Positions 41,204-50,706 of a DNA stretch of 64,000 bases are shown here, one piece after another; positions within the stretch are counted from its first letter, which is position 1, and each line of letters opens with the position of its first letter. Below the pieces are notes generated by a model, which saw only the letters and a program-made list of their open reading frames with translations, made no database searches and was not told where the DNA came from. Source of the stretch: an uncultured Gammaproteobacteria bacterium (GTDB lineage: Bacteria; Patescibacteriota; Microgenomatia; Levybacterales; GWA1-39-11); NCBI GenBank assembly GCA_964537315.1, contig CAZIAP010000001.1, forward strand, positions 23,975 to 87,974, in the 5' to 3' direction. The position numbers and the translations under genes are program-made.

Positions 41204-43168
41204 TTAAACCACTTTTGCTTTTAGCTCTTTTTCGATTGCGCGTATTATTTTTTCTCTGACATTTGTGATCTCATCATTGGTTAAATTTCTTTGCGGGTGT
41301 TGATAGATTATACGAAAGGTCTTTTTATCTTCATAGACATCTAGTAGTCCTACGTCTTTAATTAAACTACTTTGTTTTGTGATTGTGTTTACAATTTTGT
41401 CATAAGCAATATCATTAGAAATTTGAACCCTCAGATCTTCTATCATAGGAGGATGTTTAATAATTGGTTTATAATTTTTGGTGGTTGTGGCATTTGCTAG
41501 CATCTGAGAAAAATCTAGTTCAAAATCTGCAAGACTACTATCTAGGATTTCAATAGCTCCAATTATTTTGTTATTCAGTAAGATGTTTGCTCCATTTCTT
41601 TCATCAGATTGAGTAAATGAAATTGAAACTCCCATATCAGTAGCGATCTGCTCCACTACTCCTTTTAACTCAAAGAAAGATATATTCTCTTTTTTTATAA
41701 CTACACCAAGGCGTAAATTCTCATGAGGCAATTTTTTATTGACTGGTAGATAAACATTAGAAATTTCGAATAACTTTATATCCTCCCTTTGTCCATTTTC
41801 ATAAACTACTTGTAGCATGCTGGGAATAAGTGACTGTCTCATAAATACGTGGTCCTCATCGAGTGGGTTTTTAAGTCTCAAAGCATTTTCCTCAGGTCCT
41901 TCTAACATTTTTTCAGACACCATTGAGTAGGTATAAGTTTCTGTGAATCCCCAATACTTTAATGCATTTTTTACTCTACGCTCCCAGTAGAACTGATCAT
42001 CTTTTAGATGATAAAGGGTTTCCGAATGCATTGGGGGGAGCACGGAAGGAAGGTTGTGATAACCGTATACACGCGCTACTTCTTCAATAATATCTTCCTC
42101 TATTGATACATCTCCCAAACGGAAGCTGGGGACGGTAACTTTAATTTTCGTGCCCTGCATCTGTGGGCTAAACCCTAAGTCGTTTAATATGGATTTGATC
42201 TGAGTTTCTTTTATATCAACTCCTATAACAGATCTAATACTATTTATATTCGCTGTAACAGTAACTGGTTTGGGTTTATTTGGATAAATATCAATTATGT
42301 CTGATATTACTTTACCGTCAGCAATTTGTTTATATAGTTCAATCCCCCTGAGTAGTGCATCTTCCATTAACTCTGGATCAACACCTTTTTCATTCAGTAC
42401 TGCCGCCTCTGATCTAATTCCCAGCTTCATAGAGGTTTTTCGAATTAGATTTGGATTATTATTATCTAGAAAGAATAAAATACGGGTTGTACTGTCTGTA
42501 ACTACACTGTTTTTAGTGCCCATTATTCCTAAAAGATCAATAATATTTCCATTACCGTCATCAGCAACTATATCTTCACCAGGTAAAGTATGTGACCGGT
42601 TATCTAACGTGACAATCACTTCTCCTGGGTGAGATTTTCGGATAATTAATTTTCTAGCAGGCTGATCTTTGGATGAAAGTAGTCTATCGTAATCAAAAAC
42701 ATGAGCAGGATGACCAATTTCTCTCATGACGTAGTTTGTGACATCAATTATGTTATTGAGACTTCTTATATCGCTTGCTTCTAATCGCTTCTTAATCAAT
42801 GATGGAGAGCTTCCCATTTTTACTTCCATTACTACTGCCATAACTCTGTTTACAAGTTTTGGATCGTTTTTAATTGTAATGTCTGCAGTTTTTCCAACAG
42901 GTGTAACTTTAGGTAATTTTGGTTGTTTGAATTTGGCAGGAACTCCAAATTGGGGAAGTACAACACTTGCCTCTCGAGCGATTCCGATTACAGACATTAG
43001 ATCAGGTCTATTCGTGGTAACTTCTATATCGTATACAAAATCATTACTAGTTTTTTCTACACGCTCAATGGATACACTACACAAGGAAAGCGCACGTCTC
43101 AGCTCAGAGACTGTTGCTTTTGTGTCAATGTATTCGCGTAGCCAGCTATCTAAAATTTTTATATTCAT
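41204..43168 (-). CDS. pheT: Phenylalanyl-tRNA synthetase beta subunit
   Basis: B3/4, B5, class II core and FDX-ACB arrangement; directly downstream of pheS. Confidence 0.9.
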   Translation of the reverse strand: MNIKILDSWLREYIDTKATVSELRRALSLCSVSIERVEKTSNDFVYDIEVTTNRPDLMSVIGIAREASVVLPQFGVPAKFKQPKLPKVTPVGKTADITIKNDPKLVNRVMAVVMEVKMGSSPSLIKKRLEASDIRSLNNIIDVTNYVMREIGHPAHVFDYDRLLSSKDQPARKLIIRKSHPGEVIVTLDNRSHTLPGEDIVADDGNGNIIDLLGIMGTKNSVVTDSTTRILFFLDNNNPNLIRKTSMKLGIRSEAAVLNEKGVDPELMEDALLRGIELYKQIADGKVISDIIDIYPNKPKPVTVTANINSIRSVIGVDIKETQIKSILNDLGFSPQMQGTKIKVTVPSFRLGDVSIEEDIIEEVARVYGYHNLPSVLPPMHSETLYHLKDDQFYWERRVKNALKYWGFTETYTYSMVSEKMLEGPEENALRLKNPLDEDHVFMRQSLIPSMLQVVYENGQREDIKLFEISNVYLPVNKKLPHENLRLGVVIKKENISFFELKGVVEQIATDMGVSISFTQSDERNGANILLNNKIIGAIEILDSSLADFELDFSQMLANATTTKNYKPIIKHPPMIEDLRVQISNDIAYDKIVNTITKQSSLIKDVGLLDVYEDKKTFRIIYQHPQRNLTNDEITNVREKIIRAIEKELKAKVV

Positions 43169-43244
43169 ATTTCAAATATAAAATTCAAAACTTTTAAATT
43201 TATACTTTTATTTTTGCCTTTTTCCTTTTGACTTTTTGCTTTAA

Positions 43245-44279
43245 CTAAAACTGTTCTAAAAACTCCAAATTATTACTATAAAGTAATCTTAAATCATCAA
43301 TTTCTAAACCTTCTTTCATCATTAAAACTCTCTCCACTCCCCAACCAAATGCAAATCCTTTGTATGATGCAGGATCGACACCACTATTTTTCAGCACATT
43401 TGGATGAACCATTCCCGCTCCACCTAGTTCGAGCCACCCTTCCTTACAAAGTCTGCAGCCTTTACCGTCACATATGCCACAGGAGACATCTACTTCAAAA
43501 GAAGGTTCTGTAAATTGGAATTGATAAGGTCTAATGCGGAAAGATCTCTTTTCTCCAAAATATGATTTTACAAAATAATCGAGAACTCCTTTGAGGTGGA
43601 TAATTGAGGTATTCTTATCCACAACCAGTCCTTCAAATTGGTGAAACATTTGAGTGTGTGATACATCTGATTGGCGTCGGTATGTTTTTGCAATGTTTAG
43701 CATTTTTATAGGCAGTTTGCCTTTTTCTAACTCTCTTATCTGTCCGGATGATGTATGAGGGGTCAATACCATAGGACCTTTTTTAGGATCTTTTGGTACA
43801 TCGATCAAGAATGTTTCCCATTCATCTCGAGCTGGATGAAAATCAGGAAAATTTAGTGCTTCAAAAGCATACCAATCCCACTCTACTTCCGGATATCTAA
43901 CTCGAGTAAAGCCAACTTTTTCAAATATAGAGGTGATTTCATCAATTGCTTGTGTTACTAAGTGCAGATGACCGAGTGGAGGCTTCACACTTGGCAGGGT
44001 CACATCTAATTTTATTGCACTCTGTTTTTTAGAACTATTTTTTAATGAATTAAATTTATCTTCAATTAAATCCTCAATTGCAGTTTTAACTTCATTTGCG
44101 AGTCTTCCGATCATGGGGCGTTGATCGACTGGTACATTAGGAAGGCCTTTTAGAGATTTAGTTAAGCGCCCATTTCGACCTAAGTAGTCCATCTTGATGC
44201 GGTTTAGCTCTTCAGTATCTTCTGCTGCAATAATCATACTTACCGCATCGTTTTTAATGTTTATTAGGTCGTGTTCCAT
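43245..44279 (-). CDS. pheS: Phenylalanyl-tRNA synthetase alpha subunit
   Basis: Class II motifs, 'LELGGAGMVHPNVL'. Confidence 0.9.
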   Translation of the reverse strand: MEHDLINIKNDAVSMIIAAEDTEELNRIKMDYLGRNGRLTKSLKGLPNVPVDQRPMIGRLANEVKTAIEDLIEDKFNSLKNSSKKQSAIKLDVTLPSVKPPLGHLHLVTQAIDEITSIFEKVGFTRVRYPEVEWDWYAFEALNFPDFHPARDEWETFLIDVPKDPKKGPMVLTPHTSSGQIRELEKGKLPIKMLNIAKTYRRQSDVSHTQMFHQFEGLVVDKNTSIIHLKGVLDYFVKSYFGEKRSFRIRPYQFQFTEPSFEVDVSCGICDGKGCRLCKEGWLELGGAGMVHPNVLKNSGVDPASYKGFAFGWGVERVLMMKEGLEIDDLRLLYSNNLEFLEQF

Positions 44280-44281
44280 AG

Positions 44282-44752
44282 TTAAATTCCACTTATTGCA
44301 GCTATAAATGTAGATATTTCAGGTAAGGTGTCGAGTTCTTCGACTTCTTGCAGTGAAAACCAGCCTACTTTTCCGACTGTTTCTTCTTTAGAAATATCTA
44401 TGTCTCCGTGCAGATACATCACCGGAAAACCCAAAACTACTGCATGTATATTATCTTTTTCATAATGGTGGGAAAAAATAATTGGTCGTCTTGAGAGCAA
44501 CTGTACTTCTAGAGGTCCTACTTCTTCATTTACTTCACGTAATACTGCATCTGCAGGATCTTCTCCGAATTCAATTCCTCCGCCAGGAAAATGCCATTTT
44601 CCGTGGATATGTGGAGATGTTGGTTCGTCTCTTTGTATTAAGAGTACTTTATTGTCGCTGTTTTGCAGTATAGCAACCACTGCTAAATGTCGGTTTCCTG
44701 AGTTATCCATATCGTATCCTAGGATACCAAAATTATGACTCAATTTCATCAT
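44282..44752 (-). CDS. NUDIX hydrolase
   Basis: Nudix box 'GGGIEFGEDPADAVLREVNEEVG'. Confidence 0.75.
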   Translation of the reverse strand: MMKLSHNFGILGYDMDNSGNRHLAVVAILQNSDNKVLLIQRDEPTSPHIHGKWHFPGGGIEFGEDPADAVLREVNEEVGPLEVQLLSRRPIIFSHHYEKDNIHAVVLGFPVMYLHGDIDISKEETVGKVGWFSLQEVEELDTLPEISTFIAAISGI

Positions 44753-44796
44753 TTGTATTATTTAATGCATTACCCGTTGGGATTAGCTTTTCCCAT

Positions 44797-44840
44797 TAAA
44801 AAACCTCCCGTTTGCCCCGCTATTCGGGGTGAAGGAGGTC
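44797..44840 (-). terminator. Rho-independent terminator after rplT (second of two hairpins)
   Basis: - strand 'gacctccttcaccccgaatagcggggcaaacgggaggtttttt': nested GC stem followed by a U run. Confidence 0.5.
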
Positions 44841-44975
44841 TATACGTTTATATCTTTTAGTCTTTTTTACTTGTTCATACTACGAACAAACCTCCCTTTA
44901 AGGGAAGTAAAGTAAAAAAAGTAAAAAGCTTGCGCGGTTTGAGTAATCATCTGAAAGTTTTGTGCAGCCATAGAT

Positions 44976-45326
44976 TTATTTGCCAAAAACTTTATTAGTT
45001 ATTGATTTGAATGTCTCGGGGTCTGAGGAGACAATATTTGCTAAAATTTTTCGATCAAGTTTTATGTTTTTCTTATTCATTCCGTTGATGAACGTACTAT
45101 ATGAGTGTCCCATTTCATCAAGTGCACCATTAATTCTCGTGATCCATAGCTTTCGCATATCTCTTTTACGAAGTTTTCGTCCGTGGAATGCATATTCACC
45201 AGCATGAAGCACAGCTTCATGAGCTGCTTTAACCAATGTACTTTTTGTTGCCCGGTAACCTTTTACCTGTAGCATCAATTTATTATGTTTTCTTTTTGAT
45301 ACGGTTCCCCGTTTAATACGTGCCAT
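44976..45326 (-). CDS. rplT: 50S ribosomal protein L20
   Basis: 'MARIKRGTVSKRKHNKLMLQVKGYRATKST'. Confidence 0.9.
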   Translation of the reverse strand: MARIKRGTVSKRKHNKLMLQVKGYRATKSTLVKAAHEAVLHAGEYAFHGRKLRKRDMRKLWITRINGALDEMGHSYSTFINGMNKKNIKLDRKILANIVSSDPETFKSITNKVFGK

Positions 45327-45329
45327 AAT

Positions 45330-45536
45330 TTATGCTTCTCCCAACATTTGCTTAATTTTCTTTGCAAATTTACCTGTTTCCATTACTCCAATCTCTTTCT
45401 GTCTTCTAATTCGGGCTTTTGATTTGTTCAGTTTTTTATGTGATCCATACTGGTGACCAAAAATCACCTTACCGTTTTTTGTCACTCTAAAACGCTTTGA
45501 AACTGAGCTTTTAATTTTTTTCTTTTGTTTTGCCAT
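45330..45536 (-). CDS. rpmI: 50S ribosomal protein L35
   Basis: 'MAKQKKKIKSSVSKRFRVTKNGKV'; start at MAKQKK. Confidence 0.8.
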   Translation of the reverse strand: MAKQKKKIKSSVSKRFRVTKNGKVIFGHQYGSHKKLNKSKARIRRQKEIGVMETGKFAKKIKQMLGEA

Positions 45537-45640
45537 AATATTCAATTTCTAATTACTTTAATTACTAATTAACCTAATCAATTACTAATTCCTAAAGTTA
45601 GAAATTAGGTCAATTAGAGCAATTAGTAGTTTTTTCTTGA

Positions 45641-46222
45641 CTATCTTAGTCGAGAAAGGATGGTTACCATTTGTCGACCTTCCATGTGCGGATCTCGTTC
45701 CACTTTTGCGACGTCTTCAAGTTTGGCTATAACTTTATTTAATACGTTTTCACCTAACTCTTTTTTAGTAAACTCTCTTCCTCGAAAACGTACTATAAAC
45801 TTTACTTTATCTCCGTCTTCTAAAAACTCACTTGCTTTTTTTACCTTAATGTCAAGATCATGTTCACCGATAAAGGGCCCCATCCTGATCTGTTTAGTTT
45901 CAGATGTAGTACTCTTTTTCTTTTCTTCCTGCTTCTTTTTCTTTAATTGATACAAGAACTTGCTATAATCTATCAACCTTGCAACTGGTGGCTTTGCCAT
46001 CGGTGCAACCTCAACCAAGTCTAACTCTTGTTCATCGCTTAGTTTTCTGGCTTCATCGATGCTCATCACACCAATTTGTTTCCCTTCACTATCTAGAAGC
46101 CGTACTTCTCTAGCTCGGATCTGACTGTTTATCCGATAGAATGGTTGTTTTGATTGGTTATACTTTTTTCTCAATTTCTTTTTTAACTCTCTCCACGAAT
46201 TCAGAGAGCGCAAGACTTCCAA
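45641..46222 (-). CDS. infC: Translation initiation factor IF-3 (non-AUG start; exact start uncertain)
   Basis: 'RINSQIRAREVRLLDSEGKQIGVMSIDEA' classic IF-3 N-domain; the track start is a TTG inside the thrS 3' end. Confidence 0.85.
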   Translation of the reverse strand: MEVLRSLNSWRELKKKLRKKYNQSKQPFYRINSQIRAREVRLLDSEGKQIGVMSIDEARKLSDEQELDLVEVAPMAKPPVARLIDYSKFLYQLKKKKQEEKKKSTTSETKQIRMGPFIGEHDLDIKVKKASEFLEDGDKVKFIVRFRGREFTKKELGENVLNKVIAKLEDVAKVERDPHMEGRQMVTILSRLR

Positions 46223-47930
46223 GATCTTGACCGTTACGGGTTCTTATGCTTACTATCTCTTTTCCCACAGAATTACTCTCGGATTCTTCCTTTCCGCCTA
46301 TTATACACAGGTATGGGACCTTTTGTAAAGTAGCCTCGCGGATTTTTGCACCTATTGTTTGATTAGAATTATCAAGCTCCACTCGGATTCCAGAAGAATC
46401 TAGGATTTCATAAACCTTTTGCGCGTAGTTCTCGACTTTCTCAGAAATCGGCAGGACAGCAATCTGCACCGGTGCGAGCCAGATCGGAAATGCGCCTGCA
46501 TAGTGTTCTATTAACACCCCTAAAAATCGTTCCAGTGAACCAAAAATTGCTCTATGAAATACTATAGGTGTTTTGTCCGATCCGTCTTTGCTTGTGTATG
46601 CAAGGTTAAACCGTTTTGGTTGTTGAAAATCAAGTTGTATGGTGCCTGTTTGCCATTCCCGTCCGATTGAGTCACGCATCAAAATATCAACCTTTGGTCC
46701 ATAAAAAGCTCCTTCTCCGTCTGCTTTAAAATAATCTTGACCTGAATCTTTAAGTACTGATTCAAGCATTTCTTCAGCTCTGTCCCAATCGCTACTTTCT
46801 CCTAAATACTTATCCGGTCTGGTTCCAAAACGTAGTTTGTAACTTATCCCAAATGGCTTATACATTTCCTCGATCATTACCATAATCTGAGAAAATTCAT
46901 CCTTTATTTGTTCTTGAGAAATGAAAATATGCGCGTCATCCTGACGAAACTGTCTTGTTCTGAATAAACCATTTAACGTTCCTGAACGCTCAAAGCGGTG
47001 TAATAATGAGGTATCAGCAAGTCGGATAGGAAGATCATTATATGAACGAGTTTTAGAGTTAAATATAACCATAGCGTTTGGACAATTCATCGGCTTTATG
47101 CCGAAAACCTCGTGGCCTCCCTGTTCATCAGACATGCGAGACATATCTGCGACAAACATATCCTCTTGATAATGTGACCAGTGACCAGAGGTTTCGTATA
47201 AGTCTTTCTTATTTAACTGGGGCGTCATGACTTCTTGGTAGCCAAACTTTTTATACATTTGTCGTGCAAAGTCATATAAGTTGTTATATAAAACAACACC
47301 TTTTGGAAGCCAATATGTCATTCCGGGAGAAGTGTCGTGCATAATAAATAAATCAAGGTTTGGTCCAAGTTTTTTGTGATCTCTTTTCTTAGCTTCCTCA
47401 AGCATTGTTAAATATTGGTCAAGCTCATTTTGAGTATGAAACGCAGTTCCATAAATGCGGGTTAACATGGGATTTTTTTCGTCGCCTCTCCAGTATGCGC
47501 CTGCGAGAGATAAAAGCTTAAAAGCGCCAATATCTTTTGCAGGATTTTCACTATGCCCTCCTCGACATAGATCCTCAAATCCGTCAGCTGGCGGACCGGC
47601 TTTATACAACGTAATTTTTTCTCCTTTTTTAACAATTTCATCAATCAGATCCAACTTGAAAGGATTATTTTGATATAGTTCCCGCGCTTCACTTTCTGAT
47701 ACTTCTCGATGAGTGAACTCAGTCCAAGATGGAAGAATATCTGACATTACTTTCTCAATTTTTGGTAGGTCTTCTTCTGTAAGTGGTTTTGTGAACTGAG
47801 CATCATAATAAAATCCATTCTCAATTGATGGACCGATAGCTATTTTTACTTCGGGATAAAGTTTGATTAGTGCTGCAGCGAGTAAGTGGGCAGCTGAATG
47901 CCTCAGTTGATTTAATTCATCATTATTCAT
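46158..47930 (-). CDS. thrS: Threonyl-tRNA synthetase
   Basis: Editing/second-additional domain, class II core, anticodon-binding domain; 590 aa. Confidence 0.92.
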   Translation of the reverse strand: MNNDELNQLRHSAAHLLAAALIKLYPEVKIAIGPSIENGFYYDAQFTKPLTEEDLPKIEKVMSDILPSWTEFTHREVSESEARELYQNNPFKLDLIDEIVKKGEKITLYKAGPPADGFEDLCRGGHSENPAKDIGAFKLLSLAGAYWRGDEKNPMLTRIYGTAFHTQNELDQYLTMLEEAKKRDHKKLGPNLDLFIMHDTSPGMTYWLPKGVVLYNNLYDFARQMYKKFGYQEVMTPQLNKKDLYETSGHWSHYQEDMFVADMSRMSDEQGGHEVFGIKPMNCPNAMVIFNSKTRSYNDLPIRLADTSLLHRFERSGTLNGLFRTRQFRQDDAHIFISQEQIKDEFSQIMVMIEEMYKPFGISYKLRFGTRPDKYLGESSDWDRAEEMLESVLKDSGQDYFKADGEGAFYGPKVDILMRDSIGREWQTGTIQLDFQQPKRFNLAYTSKDGSDKTPIVFHRAIFGSLERFLGVLIEHYAGAFPIWLAPVQIAVLPISEKVENYAQKVYEILDSSGIRVELDNSNQTIGAKIREATLQKVPYLCIIGGKEESESNSVGKEIVSIRTRNGQDLGSLALSEFVERVKKEIEKKV

Positions 47931-48013
47931 ACCTTTATACTAATATATTATACTTATTTCGTACTATATCAGAAACCAGGCACAATTTGAAGATGAATAC
48001 TTAGAACGAGGAC

Positions 48014-48283
48014 TTAACCACGAGTTACACCTTGTTGCTGAAGATATATGAGTATGTCTGCAATAAAATTGCCAACAAATGGAACAACATTTACATACTG
48101 TGAAAGTAAGCTGATGACAGAAAGAAAGAGAGCGATACCAATGACAGAACCCACTCCCCAAAAGATCCCGCCTAATAAATTGTTTGCTATAATCTCTCCT
48201 TTTGATAGCTTCGACGGTTTCTCAAATGGTTGCAATGGTGCGGCAGGAGGAAGAGTATCTTTGCTTTTTTTAAACTTTGCCAT
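48014..48283 (-). CDS. Small 2-TM membrane protein
   Basis: Hydrophobic helices 'LLGGIFWGVGSVIGIALFLSVISLL' and 'VVPFVGNFIADILIYL'. Confidence 0.35.
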   Translation of the reverse strand: MAKFKKSKDTLPPAAPLQPFEKPSKLSKGEIIANNLLGGIFWGVGSVIGIALFLSVISLLSQYVNVVPFVGNFIADILIYLQQQGVTRG

Positions 48284-48335
48284 ACGTGTGATAGTTTAGC
48301 ACAAAAGCAAGCAATATTGAAAGAATAGAATCTGT

Positions 48336-48911
48336 TTATAGTCCAAGATCTCTGTGGATAGATTGCATGGATGCAAGCGTTATTTGAATATATTGTTCAA
48401 GCGGTATATCAATTTTTTCCTCGCAAAGTTCAATCACCTTTCTGTCTACTCTGCGAGAAAAAGCTGTTTGTCCGAATCTCTTATATACAAATTCTGCAGT
48501 TAGCGAATTAAGTTTTTTGTCAGGGTGAATGAGTGCGCACGCAACAATAAGTCCTGTGAGACCATCAACTGTGGTGATTGCCCAGTCCATATCACTTTTG
48601 GGCTGTACTTTTGTGCTTTGAAAATTATGCGATTTGATTGCGTAAGCAATATCTCGGGGAATTATCTCTGGCTCGAGATCAAAAATCAACAGTCCGTGAC
48701 GGTCTAGGGCATTTTTTTCCTGAGCAATTTCATAGTCTATATCATGAAGCAAGCCAGTTATACCCCAAGTTTCTCTATCATGATCTGTACCATCTGGATA
48801 TAGATGATCAAAAATTCCTTTCATACTTGCCTCAGTTGCGAGACAGTGCTTTAGGAGATTTTTGTTATGAAGATACTTTGTTAGAAGTTTATATGCATCT
48901 GTTCGATTCAT
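48336..48911 (-). CDS. HD-domain phosphohydrolase
   Basis: 'HCLATEASMKGIFDHL...GLLHDIDYE' H...HD motif. Confidence 0.65.
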   Translation of the reverse strand: MNRTDAYKLLTKYLHNKNLLKHCLATEASMKGIFDHLYPDGTDHDRETWGITGLLHDIDYEIAQEKNALDRHGLLIFDLEPEIIPRDIAYAIKSHNFQSTKVQPKSDMDWAITTVDGLTGLIVACALIHPDKKLNSLTAEFVYKRFGQTAFSRRVDRKVIELCEEKIDIPLEQYIQITLASMQSIHRDLGL

Positions 48912-48915
48912 AGCG

Positions 48916-48975
48916 TGTGGAGTTAACTGGATTCGAACCAGTGACCTGTCCGATGAACATCGGACCGCTCTAACC
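48916..48975 (-). pseudogene. tRNA-like 3' fragment (D-arm to 3' end) lacking a 5' half; abnormal 8-nt anticodon loop
   Basis: - strand 'GGTTAGAGCG GTCCG ATGTTCAT CGGAC AGGTC ACTGG TTCGAAT CCAGT TAACTCC A': good T-arm and acceptor 3' strand, but the upstream sequence cannot form an acceptor or D stem; the GIY-YIG stop codon lies inside it. Confidence 0.35.
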
Positions 48976-49233
48976 TTTTGTTTTAATTACTCCGTCTGAA
49001 ATTATTTGTTCAATAACTTTTCTACTTTTGAATTTCTTTAGTTTCGTTTCTATTAATCTGGCTTCTTGTACTGTTTGATATTCTTTCTTAAATACTAAAA
49101 TAAATGGAGCTGTCAGTTTGGTATATTTTGATTTTCCAGAGTTATGTTCTTGCAGTCTTCTTTCTATATTTTCAGTAGAGCCAATGTAATATCTGTTATT
49201 TTTTATAGACTTAAGAATATATACAAAAAACAT
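48970..49233 (-). CDS. Standalone GIY-YIG (URI) nuclease-domain protein, YhbQ/COG2827-like
   Basis: 'FFVYILKSIKNNRYYIGSTENIERRLQEHNSGKSKYTK' GIY..YIG..R..EHN motifs; 87 aa; starts 5 nt after tRNA-Val. Confidence 0.7.
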   Translation of the reverse strand: MFFVYILKSIKNNRYYIGSTENIERRLQEHNSGKSKYTKLTAPFILVFKKEYQTVQEARLIETKLKKFKSRKVIEQIISDGVIKTKG

Positions 49234-49237
49234 ACTG

Positions 49238-49309
49238 TGGACGACATTGGGATTGAACCAATGACCTCTTCGATGTCAACGAAGCGCTCTACCACTGAGC
49301 TAGTCGTCC
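49238..49309 (-). tRNA. tRNA-Val (anticodon GAC)
   Basis: - strand 'GGACGAC TA GCTC AGTGGTA GAGC G CTTCG TTGACAT CGAAG AGGTC ATTGG TTCAATC CCAAT GTCGTCC A' folds as a cloverleaf with a 7-bp acceptor stem. Confidence 0.85.
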
Positions 49310-49443
49310 ATATAATTTTGACCTTTCCTATAAACATCGGACCACTCTACTACTGATCTATATACGCAAATAAGCCTCACAATTATACAAAACTATGTAT
49401 GGAATCTCAATTGAAGGTAACTTATGCTTTTACTTCATAAGCA

Positions 49444-49499
49444 TAAAAAAATCCCGACAAAGCGGGATTAAAGTGAAGGGGGTGCAGATACAGCACCCC
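49444..49499 (-). terminator. Tandem hairpins forming a - strand intrinsic terminator
   Basis: - strand 'gggggtgctgtatctgcaccccc...aatcccgctttgtcgggattttttt'. Confidence 0.45.
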
Positions 49500-49605
49500 C
49501 ATTCGGTAAAAGAAATCAGGTGGTCAAAGTGTGACCTTTTCCTCGCCATTGAGGAATTGGTCAGACAACTTTGCCTGATTACTTTTGTGGCACTAGCTTC
49601 GGTCA

Positions 49606-49640
49606 GCGAAACCTGGTCGGTTTCGCTTTTTCTTTTCTTC
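49606..49640 (+). terminator. + strand intrinsic-terminator-like hairpin
   Basis: 'gcgaaacc tggtc ggtttcgc tttttcttttctt'. Confidence 0.4.
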
Positions 49641-50443
49641 AGGATGAAAACCCCATGGAAGAGGTTTATTTTTTGGTTCCATTTTGGTTTCAGTGTGGGT
49701 CTGGATGCAGTCTCTATCTCCCCATTCAGGGTGATAGCGAGTTTCTTCTTCTTCCTCATCTAGAGGAAAGAATCGACCTTTAAACGGAAGGGACATTTCG
49801 ATCTCCTTTCTGCTTTTTGTAAGCCTAAAAACGATGCATAGGTCCGTAACGGACCAGCGCTGCTTTGTGAGCAGCTGCAACTTCTTCCAAATCCCTTGAG
49901 GATGGAGGAAGAGGTCTGCAAGCCTGACATAGCAGTATGCTGAGCGAAGTTTCTATGTCCTCATCGGATTCTGATTGAACGAACACAGCTCGATCTGCCG
50001 TTTCTCCCCAATTTCTCTTGGAAAGAGCAGAATAAACAACTACGCTGTTGGCAGGAAGTTCATCCTCTTTGTTGAGGATCTTCTCCTTGAACTGAGCTTG
50101 GAATTGCTCGTGTAGGACATCTCTGACCTTCATCGAAAGCCAGTCAAGCCTTATGAAGCAAATCGTCGGAAGATCGCTCTTGTCCACTTCTAGATTCCTT
50201 TCAGGAATGTAAAAAACTCCCCTTCGCGGTTTGGTAAATCACGACCTCATGGAATTTCTTCTCCTTTCGTTAATCAAATGCAAGTGCCACGGTGTCTTGA
50301 GTTAACTAAGTCGTATTTACGCCGTTTGTAAAATTGACCAGGTATTCAAGACGATTTTAATGTGCTACTACCCTTCTACTATACTTCCTTCGTTTCTGTT
50401 CCCTTCGACTATGCTCAGGGTAGTTTTTCTGTATTCAGAAAAA

Positions 50444-50470
50444 CAAAAAAAACCTCCCATGTGGGAGGTA
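50444..50470 (-). terminator. Intrinsic terminator (copy 1 of an identical hairpin)
   Basis: - strand 'tacctcccacatgggaggtttttttt'. Confidence 0.55.
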
Positions 50471-50706
50471 GTTCGTATATTTTAGGGCTATATGTCTCCT
50501 CCCACAATTAAATCGCCTCATTAAAGAGGACGACCATAATAATTGGGAAGAGTTGCTTGTGCATACTAACTTTATTGTAAATCCATAGTCTGTAATTGTC
50601 AACATTTAGTTTAATATTGGTGCAGGAGAGTCTACCTCCTGCACCAAGAAAGACAAGGTTCATGCCACTGATGGTGTTCGCCGATGAACATAGTGACAAT
50701 TTAACC

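Noticed and set aside
48916-49000. The tRNA fragment as the 3' exon of a group-I-intron-containing tRNA with the GIY-YIG ORF as a homing endonuclease
   Set aside because: The GIY-YIG protein is only 87 aa (a YhbQ-like standalone URI domain with no DNA-binding extension). The fragment is contiguous from the D-arm onward, with no anticodon-loop split. No 5' exon can be found upstream of the ORF apart from the separate, complete tRNA-Val
49395-50440. Assigning the GC-rich segment to RNase P RNA, tmRNA or SRP RNA
   Set aside because: I could not find the diagnostic blocks (GGAAAGUCCGGGC, ACAGAACCCGGCUUA, a tmRNA tag-reading frame with tRNA-like end, AGGUCAGG) by eye; kept as an unassigned structured candidate
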